Below are positions 56,563 through 64,000 of a stretch of DNA of 64,000 nt, piece after piece. Under the pieces are notes generated by a model. It did not search any database and had not been told where the DNA came from. It was given only the letters and a program-made list of their open reading frames with translations. Positions within the stretch are counted from its first letter, which is position 1. Each line of letters starts with the position of its first letter. Both the position numbers and the translations under genes were made by a program. Source of the DNA: Candidatus Beckwithbacteria bacterium (GTDB taxonomy: Bacteria > Patescibacteriota > Microgenomatia > UBA1400 > UBA1449); NCBI GenBank assembly GCA_012797845.1, contig JAAZOH010000004.1, positions 1,658 to 65,657 on the forward strand, given 5' to 3'.

Positions 56563-57777
56563 TTACTTTCTTGCCAATACAATCGCATTGGGGAGGTTGC
56601 GGCCGGGGCCAACTTTGTACCCACTGTACCACAAAGCCGTTGAGCCGCCACTATCAAGATTAAGCGCATTTTCCATACCCAGGGTTTGCAAAACTAAAGC
56701 TGATTCAGCGACAGTGGCATTAAATACCACCCCAATATAAACTGTATTGCCTTTACTAGCGACAAAACTTCTTGGGCCTTTACTGCCTTTTTTTGGATCA
56801 CCATCCCCACCAAAAACGCTTTGACCACCAGAAACCAGCATGGGCTGGTTAGCAATCATGGAGTCAATGCCCGTATCCCGTCCCCAATCCTGCGATCTGC
56901 CCACGAAACGAATCCAGCCATCTCCGAAAATCACAGCCGGAACAGAGCTGTAAACATTGTTGTCCGAATTGAAATAGACTTTATTTTTGTTCATAAGTAA
57001 GGTGTCAAAGGAGTTGGTTTTGCCGGCGCAGCTGGGGTAGCTAGCTGGGCAAAAGTAAGAACCATTGATACCTGCGTAGGCGCCATTGCGGGAGACGTAA
57101 TCAGCAAGAGAAAGCGTTGGGCAGTCATTGCCGCAGGTTTGATCAGAAGCGGTATCCACTAAAACCCGGGTTGAGCCTAAATCTCCAGCCACTAGACTGA
57201 CCAAATAGTTACTGCCACCCATAGAGACCTGTTGAGTACTAAAACCACTGCCAGGAGGGCTATTATTAACCGGCACATTTTCCGGAATCGTAAAGGTTGA
57301 GATTATTTCCTGTTTGGCAGCCGTGATTTTGCTTTGCAAAGTTTTAAGGGTAGCCGAAGCTGAAGCATAGTTACGTTTGGATAAATAGACCAGGCTTTGG
57401 GTAAAAGCCTTGTCCTCATCTGTAGTTTTGCTAGTGAGTTCTTTGAGTTTGAGTAAATCTTCGTAGGTGGTTACTGCTTGAGTATAGGTAGTTTCAATAG
57501 CAGAAATAGTGGCTTCCAAGTCTTTATTAATAAGATATTGATCCTGGCTTTTAAGATCGTCCAAAGCCGCTTTAGTAATTTGCAGTTGTTCTTGTAAAAT
57601 AGCACTTTGACTGCTTAGGTTTTGCTGGGCAGTACTAAGCTGCGTGGTGGTTTGATAATAGGTTTCCAGAGTTTGCTCCGTGCTATTAGTTTGCCAAACC
57701 AGAATTGCCAAAAAAAGTAAAAGCACAACTGCTTTAAACAGATTTTTCCAATCAATCACAACTTTAGGAAACTTCAT
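56563..57777 (-). CDS. Phosphodiester glycosidase (NAGPA-like, DUF2233) domain protein, membrane-anchored.
   Basis: N-terminal TM, a Thr/Gln-rich coiled region, then the C-terminal GINGSYF...LDSGGSTALWY...GPGRNLPNAIVL motifs of the phosphodiester glycosidase family. Confidence 0.55.
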   Translation of the reverse strand: MKFPKVVIDWKNLFKAVVLLLFLAILVWQTNSTEQTLETYYQTTTQLSTAQQNLSSQSAILQEQLQITKAALDDLKSQDQYLINKDLEATISAIETTYTQAVTTYEDLLKLKELTSKTTDEDKAFTQSLVYLSKRNYASASATLKTLQSKITAAKQEIISTFTIPENVPVNNSPPGSGFSTQQVSMGGSNYLVSLVAGDLGSTRVLVDTASDQTCGNDCPTLSLADYVSRNGAYAGINGSYFCPASYPSCAGKTNSFDTLLMNKNKVYFNSDNNVYSSVPAVIFGDGWIRFVGRSQDWGRDTGIDSMIANQPMLVSGGQSVFGGDGDPKKGSKGPRSFVASKGNTVYIGVVFNATVAESALVLQTLGMENALNLDSGGSTALWYSGYKVGPGRNLPNAIVLARK

Positions 57778-57866
57778 GCTAATACTGTAACATTTTTGAG
57801 TGTTTTAACCTACGATTTCTGATCTAAAAGTAATACAATTAGTAGTTAATCAAAATTTTAAAATAC

Positions 57867-57945
57867 GTGTCATTCTGATCCCGCCTTGGCGGGGGAAGAA
57901 TCTTTCTTATACTAATTAGATCTTTCGTTTCACTCAGGATGACAC
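57867..57945. repeat. Palindromic repeat family, copy H4.
   Basis: GTGTCATTCTGA-TCCCGCCTTGGCGGGGG-AAGAATCTTTC-ttatactaatt-AGATCTTTCGTTTCACTCAGGATGACAC. It has an extra GC mini-hairpin in the left arm. It sits in the divergent intergenic region, 31 nt before the ATG at 57976. Confidence 0.7.
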
Positions 57946-57975
57946 TAATAATTTAAAAGATTAAAATGGCGTTTT

Positions 57976-58836
57976 ATGGACTTACTTAAAAACAAACTTT
58001 TTACGGTTTTTAGTTTTTCTTTTTTCTGGGCAGTTTGCATTATTGCTAATAAAGCTATTCTCAATCAGGGCGGACATCCTTTTATTGTCCCAACACAAAT
58101 TTATCTGATAGGATTTCTGTTTTTACTGGCTCTGAGCCATAAAAAATTATCCGGTTTTGCCAAACTATCTACTAAACAGCGCTTCTACTTGCTTTTGACC
58201 GGACTAACTATTGCGGGTTCAGTTATTTTAGGTAGCTATGGTCTCAAACTATCCAGCTCAATCAATTACGGTTTTTTAATAAAAAGCACTATTATCTTTG
58301 CCACTTTGATTGGCGCCTTCTTTTTCCAAGAAAAACTTACTAAAGTTAAACTAGGATTACTGCTACTATTTTTATTGGGTCTATATATTTTGACTTCTCA
58401 AGGGGAAATTTTAATTCCTCATCTGGGAGATATTCTTATTTTTCTGGCAGCTTTGTTGGCAGCTATCAGTGCGGCTTTGCAAAAACCGGTTTTAAAAGTT
58501 GGGTTGAGCCCATTGCTGCTTGCTTTATCAAGAGTGGCCATTGCCGGCTTGTGTTTTTTACTAGCTGCACCGTTTGTTTCACAAACATTTTATATTCCTA
58601 AAGGAGGTATCTTGCTTTTGTTAGCTGGTTTTTCCTATGGTATTTACAGCTATTTTTTAAGTAAAACTTTACAGCTAGCTACACTTTCCTATATGACGAT
58701 GATGTCAATGTTAACGCCAGTCATTGTCAGTATTTTAGCTTTTGGGTTTTTGGGCGAGACTATTACTGCCTATCACTTATTTGGTGGGGGACTGATTATT
58801 CTTTCGGGAATAGGGGTGCAGAAATTTAAACTATAG
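57976..58836 (+). CDS. EamA/DMT-superfamily transporter.
   Basis: 10-TM topology in two halves, with a Gly-rich C-terminus. Confidence 0.6.
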   Translation: MDLLKNKLFTVFSFSFFWAVCIIANKAILNQGGHPFIVPTQIYLIGFLFLLALSHKKLSGFAKLSTKQRFYLLLTGLTIAGSVILGSYGLKLSSSINYGFLIKSTIIFATLIGAFFFQEKLTKVKLGLLLLFLLGLYILTSQGEILIPHLGDILIFLAALLAAISAALQKPVLKVGLSPLLLALSRVAIAGLCFLLAAPFVSQTFYIPKGGILLLLAGFSYGIYSYFLSKTLQLATLSYMTMMSMLTPVIVSILAFGFLGETITAYHLFGGGLIILSGIGVQKFKL

Positions 58837-58853
58837 ATTTTTTAAATACCCAA

Positions 58854-59231
58854 TTACTTATTAAAAGTCAGTTTTTTATTGGCTAGCTCAACCAAGTCTT
58901 CAAGATCAATATTGGCTTTGACAATATAATCACTGGCTCCTAAACTCATAGCCCGGTCAATTTCATTCATTTGACCAAAATTACTTAACATTACTACGGT
59001 AATCTGTTGGTATTTTGGATCAGCTTTTAATGTCTTTAAAATTTCATAGCCATCGATACCTGGTAGCATAATGTCTAAAAAGATCAAATCAATATGATTA
59101 TTTTTCAAAACTTCTTCAGCTTCAGTCCATTCTTTAGACCAGAAAGTCTTAAAACTTGCTTCGGTCAAAGCATTTTGAATAGCTTTGCCAAGCAACTTAT
59201 CATCTTCGATAATTAGCAAACTGTAACCCAT
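58854..59231 (-). CDS. Single-domain response regulator (CheY-like receiver).
   Basis: LLIIEDD, the phospho-acceptor context DLIFLDIMLPGIDG, and the conserved T/K (VVMLSN...KA). Confidence 0.8.
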   Translation of the reverse strand: MGYSLLIIEDDKLLGKAIQNALTEASFKTFWSKEWTEAEEVLKNNHIDLIFLDIMLPGIDGYEILKTLKADPKYQQITVVMLSNFGQMNEIDRAMSLGASDYIVKANIDLEDLVELANKKLTFNK

Positions 59232-59243
59232 ATAGTCCTCCGT

Positions 59244-59612
59244 TTATTTATTAAGCATTTGTTGAACAATTCTCAGTATATCATCAAGATTATAATTAGC
59301 TTTAATTAAATACTGATTTGCTCCCAGTTGTTTAGCTTTATTCAAATCAGCATCATTATCCTTATTGGTCAAAATAAAAACTGGAACATGTTGGCTCTGC
59401 TCCTTACCCTTAATTTTAGCCAAAACTTCTAAGCCACCGATTCCTGGCAAATCTAAATCCAAAAGAATAAGATCGTACTGATTTTGAGACAGCATCCATA
59501 AGCCTTGTTCACCTTCAAAAGCCAAGTCAACATGATACTGTGCCTCAGTTAGTCTTGTTACTAATATTTGGCTCAATTGTTCATCGTCTTCAATAAGTAA
59601 AATATTAGCCAT
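59244..59612 (-). CDS. Single-domain response regulator (CheY-like receiver).
   Basis: ILLIEDDEQL, DLILLDLDLPGIGG, and PVFILTNK...K motifs. Confidence 0.8.
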   Translation of the reverse strand: MANILLIEDDEQLSQILVTRLTEAQYHVDLAFEGEQGLWMLSQNQYDLILLDLDLPGIGGLEVLAKIKGKEQSQHVPVFILTNKDNDADLNKAKQLGANQYLIKANYNLDDILRIVQQMLNK

Positions 59613-59613
59613 G

Positions 59614-60609
59614 TTATCGGATAAATTCGTTGGTAAACACAGTATTAATATCCACTGATTTCTTCATTAAACCTTGTTTAACCAAAACATCCTGCATTTT
59701 TTGCCAGACCACTGGATCCATCCAACCCAATTTACTATCACCGGTATTAATGAGAGGAATACTAATTTCGATAGCTTTGAGTTGAAAGTCTTTATCTAAT
59801 TCTGAATTAAACTGCAGGGTTGCCTCAACTGCCTTTTGTGGACTTTCAATAGCTTCTTGCCAGCCTTCTAGGCTATCTTTGACAAAAGTAGCAACTATGT
59901 CTGGGTGTTTTTGGATATAGCTATCGGTAGTAAAAATAACATCAGCATAAAACGGCACACCATAATCATTTGGCCAGATAGCAGTAGTAGCAACTCCATC
60001 ATTTTCAGCTCGAGCAAGTCCATTAGTAGCGTAGTCTGGACAAATATCAGCTGTTTCCCAACATTTATATAGATCCCAATCAGTCATAGGGATTTCTTTA
60101 ATTTTAGTCCGATCAATACCAATCTGACCAAGCATGCTTTCATATAGGTATGTTCCTTGACCTGGAGATAAAGCAATTGTTTTTCCAACAAAATCATAAG
60201 GGCTATTAATGTTGGAACCACTTTTTGTAAGGTAGATAAGTGGAGCAATTTTAAAAATAACGGCCACAGCCTTAACTGGTTGGCCTTCACTTCGGGCAAT
60301 AAGTACCTCATCAGCTGAGCCAATAGCAATGTCATCTTCACCAGTTATCAAATAGTCGGTAGTAATCTGGCGGTCAAGGTCTATAGACTTGATTGTCACA
60401 TCTAAGCCATCTTGTTGATAAAAACCCTCCTGATTAGCTATATAAAAACCCGCAAATTGACCTTGGTGAGTCCATTTCAAACGGAATGACAAAGGAATTA
60501 AATCAGTTGGCTGAGGCTTGGATTTTAGGTACTGCTTTCCTAATATAAACCCACTAGCTCCAATGAATAATACAATTAGAGAAATAATAATGAATATAAA
60601 TTTTTTCAT
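59614..60609 (-). CDS. NMT1/THI5-like (SsuA/TauA-type) periplasmic substrate-binding protein.
   Basis: Signal/TM anchor then RLKWTHQGQFAGFYIANQEGFY and a two-lobe SBP fold. It is located between the sensor kinase and the two receivers. Confidence 0.6.
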   Translation of the reverse strand: MKKFIFIIISLIVLFIGASGFILGKQYLKSKPQPTDLIPLSFRLKWTHQGQFAGFYIANQEGFYQQDGLDVTIKSIDLDRQITTDYLITGEDDIAIGSADEVLIARSEGQPVKAVAVIFKIAPLIYLTKSGSNINSPYDFVGKTIALSPGQGTYLYESMLGQIGIDRTKIKEIPMTDWDLYKCWETADICPDYATNGLARAENDGVATTAIWPNDYGVPFYADVIFTTDSYIQKHPDIVATFVKDSLEGWQEAIESPQKAVEATLQFNSELDKDFQLKAIEISIPLINTGDSKLGWMDPVVWQKMQDVLVKQGLMKKSVDINTVFTNEFIR

Positions 60610-60629
60610 GCTGCTTGGATCTTTGCTTT

Positions 60630-62837
60630 TTAACTTAAAGTTACTTCTCCTTTTTGAGCCTTACTGCCTTTAATTGATAAACCAAAGGTAAACGTAGTGC
60701 CTTTCCCCTCAGTGCTGGTAAAGGCAATTTTCCCATTAGAAACTTCAGCAATTTTTTTGACCATATATAACCCTAATCCAGTCCCAGTATTTTCAGTTTT
60801 GATAATATTTTCGGCTCGGAAAAATTTTTCAAAAATACGTTTTTGGCTCTCAAGTGGAATTCCATAACCACTATCTTCAATTTGGAACACAATATAGTTT
60901 TGCTGTTGGTTAAGGCTTATCTTAATGTTGCCTTTATTAGGAGTATATTTAATGGCATTGTTAATTAAGTTAAGAAATACTTGACGAATCAAAATAGGAT
61001 CAATTTTTATTTGAGGTAAGTTATCAGCAACTTCGATCGTTATTATCTGGGATTTTTCAGTAATTTTCATTTCCAGTTCTTTAAGAATTTTCTGTAATAA
61101 AGTAGCTAAATCAGTGGGGACAGGATCAACTATAAGTCTGCCTGATTCTATACGGCTGATATTTAATAAGCCATTCACCAGTTCAATTAAAAGCTTAGTA
61201 GATTGGTAAATATTTTCTGTATACTCAGTTTGAGTTTTATTAAGCTTGCTTTTTTTATTTTTGAGCAATGTTTCGCTATACCATCTAATAGCAGTCAATG
61301 GAGTTCGTAGTTGATGAGATGCTAAAGAGATAAAATCGTCTTTCATTTTTTCAACCGCTCGTTCTTGGCTTACATCTCTAAACACCACCACACAGCCGGT
61401 GATTTCCCCGTCTTTATTTTTTAAAGGAGCAGCGCTATCAGCTACCGAAACTCTGGTTTCGTCTTTTCTAATCAAAGAAGTGTGATTGGCCATTTCAGTG
61501 GCCTTACCAGTTTCATAAACATCATCAATAAATTGTTTATTTTCCCGGCCGGTTTTTTCAAAAATAAATTTTAAATGAGTATCATATACCGTTCCTATCA
61601 ATTCATTGGCTTGATGACCTGAAATATCTTGAGTTACCTGATTAACCAGTGTGATCTTTCTATTTTCATCTAGTACAAAGACTCCATCGCCAATGCTTTG
61701 TAAAATAGCGGTGACTTTATCTTTTTCAAGATTGATATCCTGAAAAGCTTTTTGGATTTTTTTCCTGGAAACCCGAAGTCTACTAACCATGTTATTTATT
61801 GATCTAGCTAAATCACCAATTTCATCCTTACTTTTGAATACCGCTTTAGTATCTAAATCGCCAGCTCCTATTTGCTCGGCTACTTTTTCAAGAGTCACTA
61901 AAGGTCTGACTATTCTTCTGATAGCAAAAAAGATAAAAAGACAAGCGCCTAAAACTACTATTGTTGCAATGATTGATATTGAGCGCAAGATAATTCTGGT
62001 ACTGGCTAGAACTTCCTGCTCGTCAATTTCAGTGATCATGCAAGATTCAATTTTATCTAACCAAACATAACTGCCGAGCACTTTATGATCTCGATAGTTA
62101 ATATAGCTGCCACTTCCATTTTGTTTAGAAAGACATTGTTTAGTGGCTTCGGTATGAAGAGTTTTACGCAAAGCATACCCTTTTTCAAAACGAGACTCAG
62201 TAATAAAAAAATTAAATTTATTAACCAAATATGTTTCTTCAGTTTTGTCTAGACCATTATCATTCAACATAATTTCTGACATTTTCTTTAGATCAATTTT
62301 GGAAGCTAAGGTGAAGGTTTGTTCATCTAAATTTATAGGTGTAGAGATAATTAAGACAGGTTGTTGAAGCTCTAGATCATAGGTAAAACCATGAACATAA
62401 ATACCCTTTTGACCTTCATAAAAATAATGTTCATCTTCTCTAACCTTTCCCTCATTATGTGGATTGGTTGAGACATAAATAACTCCTTTAGGGTCAATCA
62501 AAAATAGCTCAGTGAATTTTCCTGATTTACTAAGTACATCATTGAGAGTTTTGCGAATTACTTCTTTTGGAAGTGTGTCTTCAGTTTCTTTTTCTTGTTG
62601 CTTATAAAGTTGAAGATGAAGCTTGATATCTTCGGTAGTTTTGACAATCTCTTCCTTTTCCTCTTCTACGTATTCATAAATCTGATCTTTTTTAAGATTG
62701 CTAATGCCTTGTAATTGTTTGATGGCCTGATCTTTGAGGGAATTAGATAGATATGAAAAAACTACTAAAAAACCAAGCGTGGAATTGATAAGAAGAAAAA
62801 CAATAAGGGGAATAGCGAGTTTGTACGTTAATTTCAT
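60630..62837 (-). CDS. Sensor histidine kinase with an extracytoplasmic Cache-like domain, HAMP, PAS, HisKA and HATPase_c.
   Basis: Two TM helices bracket a roughly 250 aa extracellular domain. HAMP (LEKVAEQIGAGDLDTK...DEIGDLARSINNMV), the PAS region, the H-box SHQLRTPLTAI, and N/G1/F/G2 boxes (NLINNAIKYT, DSGYGIP, GTGLGL). Confidence 0.85.
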   Translation of the reverse strand: MKLTYKLAIPLIVFLLINSTLGFLVVFSYLSNSLKDQAIKQLQGISNLKKDQIYEYVEEEKEEIVKTTEDIKLHLQLYKQQEKETEDTLPKEVIRKTLNDVLSKSGKFTELFLIDPKGVIYVSTNPHNEGKVREDEHYFYEGQKGIYVHGFTYDLELQQPVLIISTPINLDEQTFTLASKIDLKKMSEIMLNDNGLDKTEETYLVNKFNFFITESRFEKGYALRKTLHTEATKQCLSKQNGSGSYINYRDHKVLGSYVWLDKIESCMITEIDEQEVLASTRIILRSISIIATIVVLGACLFIFFAIRRIVRPLVTLEKVAEQIGAGDLDTKAVFKSKDEIGDLARSINNMVSRLRVSRKKIQKAFQDINLEKDKVTAILQSIGDGVFVLDENRKITLVNQVTQDISGHQANELIGTVYDTHLKFIFEKTGRENKQFIDDVYETGKATEMANHTSLIRKDETRVSVADSAAPLKNKDGEITGCVVVFRDVSQERAVEKMKDDFISLASHQLRTPLTAIRWYSETLLKNKKSKLNKTQTEYTENIYQSTKLLIELVNGLLNISRIESGRLIVDPVPTDLATLLQKILKELEMKITEKSQIITIEVADNLPQIKIDPILIRQVFLNLINNAIKYTPNKGNIKISLNQQQNYIVFQIEDSGYGIPLESQKRIFEKFFRAENIIKTENTGTGLGLYMVKKIAEVSNGKIAFTSTEGKGTTFTFGLSIKGSKAQKGEVTLS

Positions 62838-62985
62838 TTCTGATAAATTTTACCTATATATAAACTATACTTTAATTAGAAAAAGATGTGCAAGAAGTTT
62901 ATGTTTTAGACATTTCTCAACTATTTCTCAATATTTTTTATATAATATAATTTGATTTGTTGTTTAAAGTATTTTTAAGATTTTT

Positions 62986-63660
62986 ATGAAACTACTAGTC
63001 ATTGAAGATGAGCAACGTATTGCCACTTACATCAAAAAGGGCTTGGAAATGAAGTCTTATGTAGTTGACGTGGCTTATGATGGTGAAGAAGGGTATGACT
63101 TTGCTATTGGTGAAGCTTATGACCTTATTATTTTGGATCGAATGCTACCTAAAATGGACGGCCTGACTCTTTGTAAAAAATTACGAGCCGAAAAGATTCA
63201 TACTCCGGTTTTGATGCTAACTGCTAAAACTGAAGTTAATGACCGAGTAGAAGGTTTGGATGCCGGAGCTGATGATTATTTAGGCAAACCCTTTGCCTTT
63301 GTTGAATTATTGGCTCGAATCAGAGCCTTAACTCGTCGGCCTAAAAAGCAAGATGCAGAAGTTTTGCAAGCTCAGGATTTGACGCTCAATACTGTAAGCT
63401 ATGAAGTTAAAAGAGGCGAGAAAACTATTGAACTTTCTAAAAAAGAATTTGCTCTGCTGGAATTTTTATTGCGAAACAAAGGTCAGGTTTTTGATAAAGA
63501 CAAATTGGTTGAACAAGTGTGGAGCTATGATAGTGATGTGCTAGCTAATACTGCTCAAGTTTATATTGGCTATTTACGGGATAAAATTGATAAAGCCTTT
63601 CCTCAAAAACCAGAAATTATCAAGACAGTCAGAGGTTTTGGCTATAAAATAGATAATTAG
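62986..63660 (+). CDS. OmpR/PhoB-family response regulator.
   Basis: Receiver (LLVIEDEQ, DLIILDRMLPKMDG, LMLTAKT) plus a winged-helix C-terminal domain (VYIGYLRDKID...RGFGYKI). Confidence 0.9.
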   Translation: MKLLVIEDEQRIATYIKKGLEMKSYVVDVAYDGEEGYDFAIGEAYDLIILDRMLPKMDGLTLCKKLRAEKIHTPVLMLTAKTEVNDRVEGLDAGADDYLGKPFAFVELLARIRALTRRPKKQDAEVLQAQDLTLNTVSYEVKRGEKTIELSKKEFALLEFLLRNKGQVFDKDKLVEQVWSYDSDVLANTAQVYIGYLRDKIDKAFPQKPEIIKTVRGFGYKIDN

Positions 63661-63676
63661 TTTACTAATATTATTA

Positions 63677-63758
63677 GTGTCATCCTGAGGAGGGTAGCGA
63701 CGAAGGATCTTAAAATAAGAAAGATTCTTCCCCCGCCAAGGCGGGGTCAGAATGACAC
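63677..63758. repeat. Palindromic repeat family, copy H5 (inverted relative to H4).
   Basis: GTGTCATCCTGAGGAGGGTAGCGACGAAGGATCT-taaaataagaa-AGATTCTTCCCCCGCCAAGGCGGGGTCAGAATGACAC. Its right arm is the reverse complement of the H4 left arm, including the GC mini-hairpin. It ends 16 nt before the ATG at 63774. Confidence 0.7.
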
Positions 63759-63773
63759 ATAAAAAACTTTTTT

Positions 63774-64000
63774 ATGTTTCAATCTGAACGCATTAAACTA
63801 ACTGCTTACTACACCTTAATTATTTTTTTAATCAGTGGCACTATTAGTGCGGCTATTTATTTCCGGACCACTTCAATTATTCAAAGTGAATATCAACGGA
63901 TAGAACGAAGATTTCAACATCAAACAGAGATGGATTTGCCTCCTGATTTTGTTCCACCAACTGGGCCGCATTTTTTACCTGAAGATTTAGAGTCAGCCCA
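63774..64000 (+). CDS. N-terminal fragment of a membrane protein, probably the sensor kinase partner of the OmpR-type regulator. It runs off the window.
   Basis: MFQSERIKLTAYYTLIIFLISGTISAAIYF is a TM helix at the N-terminus. Its position directly after an OmpR-type regulator is the usual place for a cognate kinase. Confidence 0.4.
   Translation, partial: MFQSERIKLTAYYTLIIFLISGTISAAIYFRTTSIIQSEYQRIERRFQHQTEMDLPPDFVPPTGPHFLPEDLESA

Noticed and set aside
62734-62955. 73 aa plus-strand ORF at the kinase / OmpR regulator divergent promoter region.
   Set aside because: It overlaps the 5' end of the minus-strand kinase gene and is AT-rich low complexity. It is more likely the promoter region than a gene.

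Overview
This 64 kb window is an AT-rich bacterial chromosome segment with compact, often overlapping genes, read in the standard genetic code. The gene content suggests a small-genome, Gram-positive-like or CPR/Patescibacteria-type organism: a short HrcA, tandem FemAB paralogs, an LCP protein, PilN/PilO, and GT39/GT-C membrane glycosyltransferases. This taxonomic placement is inference only.

Housekeeping genes present:
- groES-groEL, with an intrinsic terminator
- hrcA-grpE-dnaK-(GNAT)-dnaJ
- lepA, murJ, rpsT, metG, gltX, tatD and rmuC
- a UvrD-type helicase fused to a Cas4/AddB-like Fe-S nuclease
- two aldehyde dehydrogenases
- tRNA-Cys(GCA) and tRNA-Gln(CUG)

Envelope and cell-wall genes present:
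- UbiA/DPPR-synthase-like, MraY/WecA-like and GT2 genes
- an M23 peptidase and a PEGA/SH3b lipoprotein
- a long minus-strand operon: pilN, pilO, a small membrane protein, an FN3/Big surface protein, a cysteine-rich tandem-repeat surface protein, a membrane protein, a GT39 (PMT-like) gene and a second GT-C-like gene
- a two-component locus (Cache-PAS histidine kinase, an NMT1-like binding protein, two CheY-like receivers, an OmpR-type regulator and a second kinase start)

The most unusual signal is a family of roughly 70-80 bp imperfect palindromic repeats. Six clear copies have outer inverted repeats GTGTCATYCTGAG / CTCARRATGACAC and inner repeats GAAGAATCT / AGATYYTTC. One copy carries a frameshifted YhbQ-type GIY-YIG nuclease gene in its loop, which looks like a REP/RAYT-like or MITE/autonomous-element relationship. 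Two other copies sit in inverted orientation around the two-component island.

Other observations are CIRCE-like operators with TTGACA promoters upstream of groES and hrcA, AT-rich inserted-looking genes (one next to tRNA-Gln), and a possible surface-protein glycosylation system.
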